From Rhodobacter sp. (GTDB lineage: Bacteria > Pseudomonadota > Alphaproteobacteria > Rhodobacterales > Rhodobacteraceae), in NCBI GenBank assembly GCA_027487575.1, contig JAIYDJ010000016.1:43868-107867 (forward strand): a stretch of DNA of 64,000 bases, in the 5' to 3' direction. How positions within the stretch are numbered: the stretch's first letter is position 1; each line of letters begins with the position of its first letter. Under the pieces are notes generated by a model. The model made no database searches. It had not been told where the DNA came from and saw only the letters and a program-made list of their open reading frames with translations. Positions 49,965 to 58,678 of the stretch are shown here, one piece after another. The translations under genes were made by a program, and so were the position numbers.

Positions 49965-49977
49965 TTCCTCCTTGGGA

Positions 49978-51159
49978 TCACCGCTCGCGCAGCGCCTCGT
50001 TCGTCTTGTACAGCGGCTTCGTCAGATAGGTCAGGATGGTCTTGCCGCCGGTCTGCAACTCTACCTCGGCCTGCATTCCGGGGCGGATTTCCAGACCGGC
50101 CTGCCGCTCGGTCAGTTGCGAGCGGTCGACTCGCAGCGTTACCTTGTAATGCGGATCGCCGTCCGGGTTGCGCGACCGGTCGTCCTTGAACGTGTCGGCC
50201 GACACGAAGGTGACCTGCGCCTTCAGGCTGCCCCAGATCGTGTAGTCATAGGCCGACAACTTGATCACCGCCTCCTGCCCCTGACGGACCGCCGCGATGT
50301 CGCGCGGTTTCACCTTGGCCTCGATGAACAGTTCCTCGTCCAGGGGGATGATCTGCAATATCTCCTCGCCCGGACGCACCACGCCGCCGATCGTCGTCAC
50401 CGACAGCTTGTTCACCACCCCGCGCATCGGGGCCACCAGCACGGTGCGGTCCAACTGGTCGGTTGCCAGCTTCATTTTCTGGCGCAGCGCGGCAAGGTCG
50501 CCCTGGGTTTTCGAATACTCGGCCGCGCGTTCCAGTTCGGTCGAGGTGATCGCCTCGCTCAACCGGTTCTGCGCGTCGGAATTGGCCTTGCGCGCGCGTG
50601 TCACCTCGATCAGCGGGGCGATTTCCCGCTTGTACATCTTCTCCAGCAGGTCGAGTTCGGCACTGGCCTGCTCCAGAACCGCCTCGGCCCCTGCCACCCG
50701 TGCGCGGTATTCGGTCTGCCGGGCGCGCAGCAGCCCGCCTTCCGACGCGACGATGGCAGGCACGCGCACCGCCAGCGCATCGGGCACTTCGAACCCGGTC
50801 ATCCCGGCCATCTCCGCCTCCAGCCGCAGACGGCGGATTTCCAGCCCGGCAATCTCGTCCGCCAGTTCATCCGCGGCAGACTGGTATTGCGTGCCGTACA
50901 GTCGCGCCAGCGTCTGCCCCGGTGCCACCACATCGCCCTCGGCCACGTTCAGTTCGGCCAGAATTCCGCCTTCCAGGTTCTGAATGATCTGCGGGCGCGA
51001 CGAAGATACGACCGCGCCGGGCGCGCGCACGATCTCGTCCAGCCAGGCGACCGACGCCCACAGCAGAAAGGTCACAACCACCGCCCCGATCAGCCAGATC
51101 GTCAGACTCGGCCCGCGCATCCGGTCCGACATCCCGTCATCCAGACCGATCACGCTCAT
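49978..51159 (-). CDS. HlyD family type I secretion periplasmic adaptor (MFP)
   Basis: N-terminal TM helix, a long coiled coil, and the C-terminus ...LQTGGKTILTYLTKPL. ATG 51159 overlaps the ABC gene stop. The track ORF is over-extended to 51417. Confidence 0.9.
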   Translation of the reverse strand: MSVIGLDDGMSDRMRGPSLTIWLIGAVVVTFLLWASVAWLDEIVRAPGAVVSSSRPQIIQNLEGGILAELNVAEGDVVAPGQTLARLYGTQYQSAADELADEIAGLEIRRLRLEAEMAGMTGFEVPDALAVRVPAIVASEGGLLRARQTEYRARVAGAEAVLEQASAELDLLEKMYKREIAPLIEVTRARKANSDAQNRLSEAITSTELERAAEYSKTQGDLAALRQKMKLATDQLDRTVLVAPMRGVVNKLSVTTIGGVVRPGEEILQIIPLDEELFIEAKVKPRDIAAVRQGQEAVIKLSAYDYTIWGSLKAQVTFVSADTFKDDRSRNPDGDPHYKVTLRVDRSQLTERQAGLEIRPGMQAEVELQTGGKTILTYLTKPLYKTNEALRER

Positions 51160-53384
51160 GCCTTCACCCCGCCCGATGCGCTGGTCTTGGACAGATGCGC
51201 CAGCACGGCATCGCGCGGGCCGTCCACAGCCAGGCGGCCGTTCTGCAGGATCAGGGTGCGCGTTGTCAGATGCAGGATCGGCACGCGGTGGGTTGCGATG
51301 ATGGCCGTGCGCCCGTCCAGCCAGCCCTTCAACCGGCTGACAAGCGTCGATTCCAGCGTCTGGTCCAGTGCGGCGGTCGGTTCGTCCAGAATGGCGACGA
51401 CCGGGTCCTGCAACCATATCCGCGCCCAGCCAAGGCTTTGCCGCTGACCGACCGACAGGCCTTCGCCCATCTCCTTGATCTCAAGATCCAGCCCGCGCGG
51501 ATGGCTGCGCACGAACGGGCCCAACCCCGCAAAATCAAGCGCGGCGTAAAGCCGGCCGTCGTCGCGTTCCAGTTGGGTCATGTTCAGGTTGTCGCGCAAC
51601 GTGCCCGCAAACAGCCGCACTTCCTGACCCAGATAGCCGATGCCGCGCCTGAGGTCGCGCGGGTGCACCTGATGCAGGTCCACGCCATCGATCAGGACCC
51701 GCCCGTCCGATGGTTCGTAAAGACCCGCCAGCAGCCGCAGCAGCGTCGATTTGCCCGACCCGTTCGCGCCCAGAACCGCAACGTGCTGCCCGGCCGGAAT
51801 GGCCAGCGCCGCGATGTCGATGGTCGGGGCCGCCTGCGGATCATAGCGGAACGTCAGGTTGCGCAGTTCGAACCCCCCGGTCAGCCGTTCACGGCGCAGG
51901 TAGTGGTGGCCGGGTTCCTGCGTCTGGGGGGCGTTCGCGATCGCCTCCAGACCGTCCAGCGCCGACTTGACGTTGGACCACCGCGCCAGCGTCGACGACA
52001 GTTGTGCCAGCGGGCCCAGCGTGCGTCCGGCCAGAATACCCACCGCGATCATCGTGCCCACGGTGAATTCGCCCGCGAACACCAGATAGGTGCCCGCCAC
52101 AACCGCGATCACATAGGTCGCCTGCTGCACGCCCTGCGCCCAATACCCCAGCAGCGATGTCAGATGCCGCTGTTCCGACGCCTTCACCGCCGACAGGGCC
52201 GAAAGTTCGGCCCAGATGCGCTTGATCCGGTCTTCGCCGCGCTGCGTCGCCACGGTTTCCGCCTCGAACACCGCCTCGTACAAAAGTCGGGCGGCACGAA
52301 CCGATGCGCCCTGCGTCGCCACGGTCAGCGCGATCATCCGCTTCTGGAACAAGAGGCCGGGCGCGACCATCAGAACGGCCCCGATGACAAGCACCCAGAC
52401 CAGATTTCCCCCGATCGAGGCGACCAGCAGGAAAAAGATCAGGATGAACGGCAGGTCGGCCAGCGTGCCGATGGTCGAGGCCGTGAAAAACTCGCGCACT
52501 GCCGAAAACTCGCGCATCGCGCTGAACTGCTGGCTCGGGCTGCGCCCAGCGGACAGTTTCATGCCCAGCAAACGCTGCATCAGCCGCGCCTGCACGGTCA
52601 GTTCGATCCGCCGTCCGGTCATGTCCATCAGGCCGGACCGCGCGAGCTTCAGCGATCCTTCCAGAACCACGGCGATCAGGGCCCCCAGGGCCAGCACCCA
52701 CAGGGTCGTTTCCGACTGGTAGGGGATGACGCGGTCATAGACCTGCAGCGAGAACAGCGCCACTGCGACCGCCAGCAGGTTGGCCACCATAGACCCGGCG
52801 GCCACTTCGGCCAACTGGCGGCGATAGCTGCGAAATTCACCCCAGAACCAGTGCTTTTGCGGTGCGGTGGTGGTGTGGCGCTGTTCCAGAAGCGCGACCG
52901 AATTGCGCGCGCGCAGCAGGCGTCCGGCATAGACGCCCGCGAAATCCGGTTGCGCCACATCGGCCCGGCCATCCGGTTCGCCCGGATCGTACACCTGCAG
53001 CCCGTCCGGACCCTCTCCCAGAACCAGAACGACCTGCCCCGAGGTCATCTCGGCCAGCGCGGGCCAGTGCCGCGCTGCCGGATGGGGGACACGGTCCACC
53101 GACACCGTCAGACCGGCGGCGGACAATGGGGCCTGCATCTGTTCAAGGCCGGGCGCGCTGTTGCCCGCTGCGATCCGCAGATCTTCCAGCAGATCGGTGG
53201 CGGGCAGGTCCATCCCCAGCAGGCTGGCATAGACCGACATGATCTCGGCCCGCGCCAGCGTCCGGTCGTCCGCTGCCGGTGCTGCGGTCGTGCGGGGCGG
53301 GACAAGACGGTCAGGCTGCCCCGGTGCGGGTGCAGGTGCGGGGCGGACCGCGTTCATCTCGAAGGCAACGACGCGGTCGGTCAA
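51156..53384 (-). CDS. Type I secretion ABC transporter ATPase/permease with N-terminal C39-like (Cys-less) domain
   Basis: Six-TM domain, Walker A GANGSGKSTLL, signature LSVGQRQ, Walker B ILDEPTAALD. There is an N-terminal extension of ~170 aa. No Cys occurs in the first ~210 residues. TTG start overlaps the tolC-like stop; the alternative is ATG 53357. Confidence 0.92.
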   Translation of the reverse strand: MTDRVVAFEMNAVRPAPAPAPGQPDRLVPPRTTAAPAADDRTLARAEIMSVYASLLGMDLPATDLLEDLRIAAGNSAPGLEQMQAPLSAAGLTVSVDRVPHPAARHWPALAEMTSGQVVLVLGEGPDGLQVYDPGEPDGRADVAQPDFAGVYAGRLLRARNSVALLEQRHTTTAPQKHWFWGEFRSYRRQLAEVAAGSMVANLLAVAVALFSLQVYDRVIPYQSETTLWVLALGALIAVVLEGSLKLARSGLMDMTGRRIELTVQARLMQRLLGMKLSAGRSPSQQFSAMREFSAVREFFTASTIGTLADLPFILIFFLLVASIGGNLVWVLVIGAVLMVAPGLLFQKRMIALTVATQGASVRAARLLYEAVFEAETVATQRGEDRIKRIWAELSALSAVKASEQRHLTSLLGYWAQGVQQATYVIAVVAGTYLVFAGEFTVGTMIAVGILAGRTLGPLAQLSSTLARWSNVKSALDGLEAIANAPQTQEPGHHYLRRERLTGGFELRNLTFRYDPQAAPTIDIAALAIPAGQHVAVLGANGSGKSTLLRLLAGLYEPSDGRVLIDGVDLHQVHPRDLRRGIGYLGQEVRLFAGTLRDNLNMTQLERDDGRLYAALDFAGLGPFVRSHPRGLDLEIKEMGEGLSVGQRQSLGWARIWLQDPVVAILDEPTAALDQTLESTLVSRLKGWLDGRTAIIATHRVPILHLTTRTLILQNGRLAVDGPRDAVLAHLSKTSASGGVKA

Positions 53385-54682
53385 AGCTGCGATCCATTCA
53401 CCAACTGCCCGCGATCCCGGGCGATTTCCAGACGCAGCAGGATTGCCTCGTGGCGCAGCCCGACCTGTTCGCGTTCCAGACGCGCGTAGTCATGGTACTG
53501 GTTCACCAGTTCCAACAGGGTGCGCCGGCCGACGCGATACTGCTGATCGAACAGGTCCAGGTTTTCGGCCGTCTGCGCCAGAACGGCGGTGCCCGACCGT
53601 TCTCGCTGCTGCAGCAGGGCGATCCGGCGTTCCAGCATGACGATGCGGCGGCGGGCATCCTCGGCGGCCTGTGCGGTGCGCTTGCCTGCAATCTCGCCGG
53701 TTGCCTGCAGGGCGGCCATGCTGTCGCGCATGCCAGCGTTCAGAACGCCGCCACCCAGCCGCAACCCCGGTTGCAAACCTCCTGTGCCGACACTGGTGGT
53801 TGCGCGCAGGCCCGGCATCATTTCGGCCCGCGCCATGTTTGCCTCTGCCACCATCTGCGCGCCCTCCGCGCGGGCGCGGATCACGGTTAAGGGCATGACC
53901 TGAACCATGTCGGGCGGCAGGCTGTCCAACCCGCGGATCGCATCGACCGGACCGGCGGCCAGAGCCGACAGTTCGGCCAGCGCCGAGGCCTCGGTTTCCA
54001 TGTCTCCGGCAAGGGTGGCCTGCATTTCCGTCAGATGCTGTCGGATGACCTGCTGTTCGGACCGGTCCGACAATCCGCCGGCAAGCCGTTCGGTGATGAC
54101 CGCATCATAGCCGGCCAGCCGGTCCGCCGCGCGCCGGGCAACCTCGGCCTGCGCGCGGGCCTGTTCGGCGCGGACGTGATAGGACAGGCCGCTGAACACA
54201 CGCTGGTTCATCTCCGTTGCCAGCGTGACGGCGGCAATCTCGACATCCGCCGCCGCATGGGCGCGTTCCGCCTTGCGCTGGCCATTGTCGAACAGCGCCT
54301 GCTGCAACAAGAGATCGGTCACCAGACCGGACAGCGAGGTCAGGTTGACCGACGGCCCGATCTGCGGCAGCCAGTTCTTGGCCTTCGCCTGGGATTTCAG
54401 TTGCGCAACCCGCAGTTCCGCGACCGACGCCCCAGAGCTTGCCCGGATGACGGAGTCCGCCACCAGCGCGAAAGGTCCGTCCGGCGGCAGCACGCTTTGC
54501 CGCGACTGCAGATCTGCGATCAACGCCGATGTCGTCTCGGCACGACCGATGTTCGACGCCGAAGCCGGATCGTCGCCCGGGCTGTAACTTTGCTTGGACG
54601 CTGGCTGCAGCCCGGCCAGGCAGCCGGACAGCAGTCCGGCTGCGGCCAGAGCCGCAATGCTTGTCCTGACCTTCAAGGGCAT
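53381..54682 (-). CDS. TolC family outer-membrane channel lipoprotein of the T1SS
   Basis: Lipobox LLSGC. Two repeats of long helical segments. The C-terminus RTLLELVNQYHDYARLEREQVGLRHE is typical of the TolC/OEP family. Confidence 0.88.
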   Translation of the reverse strand: MPLKVRTSIAALAAAGLLSGCLAGLQPASKQSYSPGDDPASASNIGRAETTSALIADLQSRQSVLPPDGPFALVADSVIRASSGASVAELRVAQLKSQAKAKNWLPQIGPSVNLTSLSGLVTDLLLQQALFDNGQRKAERAHAAADVEIAAVTLATEMNQRVFSGLSYHVRAEQARAQAEVARRAADRLAGYDAVITERLAGGLSDRSEQQVIRQHLTEMQATLAGDMETEASALAELSALAAGPVDAIRGLDSLPPDMVQVMPLTVIRARAEGAQMVAEANMARAEMMPGLRATTSVGTGGLQPGLRLGGGVLNAGMRDSMAALQATGEIAGKRTAQAAEDARRRIVMLERRIALLQQRERSGTAVLAQTAENLDLFDQQYRVGRRTLLELVNQYHDYARLEREQVGLRHEAILLRLEIARDRGQLVNGSQL

Positions 54683-54697
54683 TGCCCTACCCTCCGG

Positions 54698-57600
54698 TCA
54701 AACCACGGAAGTGTTGGTCAGGATATCGTCGTCGATGAGGACACTCGCCCCGGTACCCAACGTGTAAAGCTTGTAGGTCTCTCCTCCGATGGTGCGGGTG
54801 GTGCTGGTCCCGGCACCGCCGATCAGCGTCACGGTGTCGTCCTCGCCGCCCTTGATCATCAGTTGCCCGTCCGGCCCGGTCAGGCTGCGCAACTGCGCCT
54901 CGCTGATCGAAAGGCTGGCGTCCGGTGCAAAGCTGAGGTCGATCGCCGTGAAATCGAACGCGGCCAGACCCGGGCGCGACAGGTCCACATCCGGCGCGTT
55001 GGTGTTGTTGACGATCAGCAGGGTCGAGCTTTCATTGCCCGCCACATCGCGTGTGTTCACCACCAGATAGCTGCCATCCGGGACCGTGTTGGCGAAACGG
55101 AAGTTCGTCTCGTCATAGTTGGGATCATCGGTCCGGCTGACGTTCACCGTGCTGGTGTTGCCGGATGTGTCGATCCGGAAGAAGGTATAGGTGTCATCGG
55201 TCGACTGGGTGCCGATGTTGCGCAGGCCCGTATTGTCGCGGCCGAACGATTCCACTTCCGGCGCGCCGGGGGCGGTGGTGTCGATCACGAAGCTTTCGGT
55301 CAGTGTCGCGGTGTTGCCTGCACGGTCGGTCGCGGTCATCGTCATCGTGTGGTTGGACTCGCCGCGCGGAATCTGGCCCGAGGCGAAGGTTGCCGTCCAG
55401 ACGCCCGATGCCGACGAAGTGACGGTCTGTTCCGCGCCGTTCGACAGACGCAGCACGACCGTGGCAAAGGGTTCGGCTGTCCCGGTCAGGGTGATGCCCT
55501 GCGCGGCTTCGGCGGCGTTGACAAATCCGTCGCCGCCGATCGGGCCGCTGGTCATCGCGAAATTGCGCACCAGCGTATCGACCGTGACCTGTTCGGTCAG
55601 CGTCGCGGTGTTGCCGACCCGGTCGGTGGCCGTCGCCGTCAGGGTGACGGCGCTTTCGCCCGCCGGGATCTGGTTGGCGGGGATGGTGACGGACCAGCTT
55701 CCGTCGCCCGCGACGGTCGCGGTGTGGGCACTGCCCGCGCCGAACCGGACCACGACGGCAGAGCCCGGCTCGACCGTACCGGTCACCGTCAACCCCTGCG
55801 CGGCCTCGGCCTTGTTCAGCACGGCATCCGAGCCATAGGACAGACCCGAGCGGGCAAAGTTCTGCACTTCGGTGTCGACGCTGACAGCCTTGGTCGCCGT
55901 GGCGGTGTTGCCCGCCAGATCGGTCGACGTGACCGAAACGGTGCTGGCATAGCTGCCTGCGCGCAGGTCCGAGCTGGCAAAGTTTGCCGACCAGGTGCCG
56001 TTCGACCCCGCCGTCACGGTGCGTGTCGTGTTTTCGAACGTGACCGCAACCGATGCGCCGGCTTCGGCCGTACCGGTCAGGACCACGCCACCGGCTTTTT
56101 CCATGCCGGACACGATGTCGTCGCCGCCGAACTGGCCCTGGGCGATGCCGACCGACGTCGTGGTGTCGATCTGGATCGTGCGGGTGGCGCTGGCGGTGTT
56201 TCCGGCGGCATCGGTCGCTGTGACGGTTGCCGTCCCGGTCGAGGTGCCGGTGGGAATCGCGGTCGAGGGGAAGGTGACTGTCCAGGCACCGGTAGCGCCC
56301 ACGGTCGCGGGCAGCGTCGTTCCGTTCCAGGCGACGCTGACGGAAGCACCCGCCTGCGCGGTTCCGGTCAGCGTCACGCCGCCCGCCGCTTCGGCGGCGT
56401 TCACGATGTTGTCGATGGCGACCGGTGTGGCCGCGAAGGCGACCGATGTCTGGGTGTCGATCTGGAAACTGTGCGACGCGGTGCTGACGTTGCCGGCAGA
56501 GTCTGTCGTGGTGGCCGTGATGGTAGCCGAATATTCCCCCCCCGGCAGCGTTCCGGTCGGGTAGGTGACCGACCACGATCCGTTGGCGGCAACGGTCGTC
56601 GTCTGCGTCATGCCCTGCAGTGTGATCGACAGCGTGGCCCCGGCGGTCGATGTGCCGGAAATCAGCAATCCCGCCTGAGATTCGGTGAAGTTCACGATGT
56701 TGTCGGACGTGACGGAATTGAAGTTGATCGGATGCGGAACCGTGTCGATCACCAGTGTGTCATTCAAGACGGTCTGGTTGCCGAAGGCGTCGGTCGCGGT
56801 GATGCGCGCCGGCACCTCATAGGCCCCGGCAGCGATCTGGGTCTGCGTGAACGTCACCGACCAGGTGCCGTTCGCGGCAACGGTCGTGGTCTGGGTGGCA
56901 GAGCCGACCACAACCGCGATGGTCGCCCCGGCTTCACCTTCACCGCTGATCGTGACACCGTCCTGATACTCGACCGCATTTTCGACATCGCCGACCGAAC
57001 CTGTCCCGGCCGTCACTTCGACGGCGGGGGGCGTCATGTCGATGACGAAGACCGGACCGGTCAGCGGGATGCCCGTGCCGCCGGTCGGGGTGACGACAAC
57101 CTGTGTCGTATGGCTGCCATCGCCCGGCAGGCCCGTCGACGGGAAGGTGACCGTCCAGGTGCCGCCGGCGGTGATGGTCGTCGTCTGCGTCTGGCCACCG
57201 ATGGTGACGGTTACCGCATCCGTGGGCTCGCCGGTGCCGGTCACGATGATCTTGGGGTCGGTCGTCTTCGAGGTGAGCGGTGCGGCATCCTGCGGGTCAA
57301 CCGTCGGATTGGCCCGACCGCCGCCACTGCTGCTGCCACCGCCGCCGATCAGGACCGCACCGCCCGCCGCAACCGCCGCAGCCGTGCCCAGACCGCCAAA
57401 GCCGCCCAGAAGGCCCGGGATCAGCGGCCCCATGCCGGCCGGTTCTTCCGACGCGACCACGTAGCTTCCGATCGGATCGTTGCCGGTAAAGCGCAGGTCA
57501 TCCAGCGGGCTCCACTTGCCCCACTCCTCGACACTTCCATAGTTCGCGAAAAGAACCCCGCTGCCGCTTTCGGCCAGCTTCACCTCGACGATGTCGCCAT

Positions 57601-57862
57601 TCGTGCTGAGGTAAAGCTGGTTTGCCTCGCCTGCCGCCTCGTTGAAGTATCCACTTAACAGGATGGTTCTGCCATCGGTCAGCTTGATCAGCAGGTCGCG
57701 GCCCTGCTGTTCATAGGCGACCACACTGGCCTGCCCGAGGTTGAGCGACACTGACTCGCCGGAACCCAGCCGGATGACATTGCCTTGGCCTTCACCGGAC
57801 ACTGTACCGTACTGAACGCGGTCCGCACCGTCGCGAACCGCGAATTGAATCGCGTTGACCAT
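54698..57862 (-). CDS. BapA/LapA-like Ig-repeat adhesin, T1SS substrate (1054 aa)
   Basis: N-terminal BapA-prefix-like module (ASVVAYEQQGRDLLIKLTDGRTILLSGYF). Seven ~97-aa Ig-like repeats, each with a G(T/S/A/V)W(S/T) motif and a TD..GN motif, plus an eighth degenerate module. The C-terminus GGEDDTVTLIGGAG...YKLYTLGTGASVLIDDDI is a T1SS target-domain-like tail. GGAGAA SD-like sequence upstream. Confidence 0.88.
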   Translation of the reverse strand: MVNAIQFAVRDGADRVQYGTVSGEGQGNVIRLGSGESVSLNLGQASVVAYEQQGRDLLIKLTDGRTILLSGYFNEAAGEANQLYLSTNGDIVEVKLAESGSGVLFANYGSVEEWGKWSPLDDLRFTGNDPIGSYVVASEEPAGMGPLIPGLLGGFGGLGTAAAVAAGGAVLIGGGGSSSGGGRANPTVDPQDAAPLTSKTTDPKIIVTGTGEPTDAVTVTIGGQTQTTTITAGGTWTVTFPSTGLPGDGSHTTQVVVTPTGGTGIPLTGPVFVIDMTPPAVEVTAGTGSVGDVENAVEYQDGVTISGEGEAGATIAVVVGSATQTTTVAANGTWSVTFTQTQIAAGAYEVPARITATDAFGNQTVLNDTLVIDTVPHPINFNSVTSDNIVNFTESQAGLLISGTSTAGATLSITLQGMTQTTTVAANGSWSVTYPTGTLPGGEYSATITATTTDSAGNVSTASHSFQIDTQTSVAFAATPVAIDNIVNAAEAAGGVTLTGTAQAGASVSVAWNGTTLPATVGATGAWTVTFPSTAIPTGTSTGTATVTATDAAGNTASATRTIQIDTTTSVGIAQGQFGGDDIVSGMEKAGGVVLTGTAEAGASVAVTFENTTRTVTAGSNGTWSANFASSDLRAGSYASTVSVTSTDLAGNTATATKAVSVDTEVQNFARSGLSYGSDAVLNKAEAAQGLTVTGTVEPGSAVVVRFGAGSAHTATVAGDGSWSVTIPANQIPAGESAVTLTATATDRVGNTATLTEQVTVDTLVRNFAMTSGPIGGDGFVNAAEAAQGITLTGTAEPFATVVLRLSNGAEQTVTSSASGVWTATFASGQIPRGESNHTMTMTATDRAGNTATLTESFVIDTTAPGAPEVESFGRDNTGLRNIGTQSTDDTYTFFRIDTSGNTSTVNVSRTDDPNYDETNFRFANTVPDGSYLVVNTRDVAGNESSTLLIVNNTNAPDVDLSRPGLAAFDFTAIDLSFAPDASLSISEAQLRSLTGPDGQLMIKGGEDDTVTLIGGAGTSTTRTIGGETYKLYTLGTGASVLIDDDILTNTSVV
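55268..57256 (-). repeat. Seven tandem ~291-bp coding repeats (Ig-like modules) inside the adhesin gene
   Basis: The GxW(S/T)xxF motif recurs at residues 235, 332, 428, 525, 622, 721 and 820, giving spacings of 96-99 aa. Confidence 0.75.
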
Positions 57863-57950
57863 AATACTTCTCCGCCTCGTACCCGGAATTAAGGCGCCCG
57901 GGATGTTATGGGACCACTTTTGTGACCCGATTGAGGAGAGTAATACCTAT

Positions 57951-58027
57951 CTTTCGATAAATTTCTAGGCCCTGCACTGTGGCGAAATGTGGTTTGGCGC
58001 AGTTTCGACCAACTTTCGACAAATTTG
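57951..58027. promoter_or_regulatory. Direct-repeat motif CTTTCGAYAAATTTS (x2, plus a partial third) in the adhesin-operon upstream region
   Basis: CTTTCGATAAATTTC at 57951-57965 and CTTTCGACAAATTTG at 58013-58027. A partial GTTTCGAC is at 58002-58009. The surrounding region is visibly AT-richer. Confidence 0.3.
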
Positions 58028-58124
58028 CATCCCTGTCCCGACACCGATGCCCAAAGAACAGTGTCAGCGGAATGCGTCCGCGCAGACCCGGGTTCCGGTC
58101 ATGCCTGCGCGGATAGTCCTTTGG

Positions 58125-58625
58125 TCAGTTCGGAACGGCTGCGGCCGCTGCCTGCGCCTGTGCGCGGCGCGCGATTTCCTGACGATACAGTGCCAGAAAG
58201 TCGACGGTGTCGACGTTCAGGGGCGGGAAGCCGCCATCGCGCGTCACGTCGGAAATGATGCGCCGCACGAAGGGGAACAAAAGGCGCGGACATTCGATGA
58301 GAAGGAACGGATGCAACTGGTCATCCGCAACGCCCTCAACCAGAAACACGCCGCTGTAATCCAGTTCAAGCAGGAACAGGGTGTCGCCAGTGGCCTTGTT
58401 CTTGGATGTGATCTTGAATTTGGTGATGACCTCGAAATGCCCTTCCGTGGCGCGCTTGCGGGCGTCAAGGCTCACGGCAACCTGGATGTCGGGCTGCACT
58501 TCGCCACCCACCAGTCCCTTTTGGGCTACCATGTTTTCAAAGGACAGATCGCGCACAAATTGCGCCAGTACCTGCATCTTGATCTGCGGCGCGGCTTGCG
58601 GCGCTGCTCCATTTTCTTCGGCCAT
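58125..58625 (-). CDS. secB: Protein-export chaperone SecB
   Basis: QVLAQFVRDLSFEN...LLIECPRLLFPFVRRIISDVTRDGGFPPL. Confidence 0.93.
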   Translation of the reverse strand: MAEENGAAPQAAPQIKMQVLAQFVRDLSFENMVAQKGLVGGEVQPDIQVAVSLDARKRATEGHFEVITKFKITSKNKATGDTLFLLELDYSGVFLVEGVADDQLHPFLLIECPRLLFPFVRRIISDVTRDGGFPPLNVDTVDFLALYRQEIARRAQAQAAAAAVPN

Positions 58626-58678
58626 CGTCCTCGCTCCTCATGACTCGCGAAAGCCTTTAACAGGTCGTCCTTCGCGCC

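Noticed and set aside
55268-57256. Regular ~291-bp DNA periodicity that could be mistaken for a repeat array or CRISPR.
   Set aside because: The repeats are in-frame, diverged coding modules (Ig-like domains) within one long ORF. There are no short identical repeats with unique spacers and no cas genes.
54035-57658. 1207-aa plus-strand ORF antisense to the adhesin gene. Similar long antisense or alternative-frame ORFs occur at 51195-53489, 47629-49308, 41581-43272, 30480-32192, 59853-61631 and 38919-40187.
   Set aside because: Their translations are Arg/Gly/Pro/His-rich low-complexity strings with no recognisable motifs. Each lies opposite a gene with clear family signatures. Long open antisense frames are expected in GC-rich DNA.
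57863-58124. c-di-GMP (GEMM-type) riboswitch in the adhesin leader, suggested by the GCAAA and CGAAAG words.
   Set aside because: The conserved GGCAAACC...GACGCAAAGCC core and the paired P1/P2 architecture are not present when the minus strand is read.
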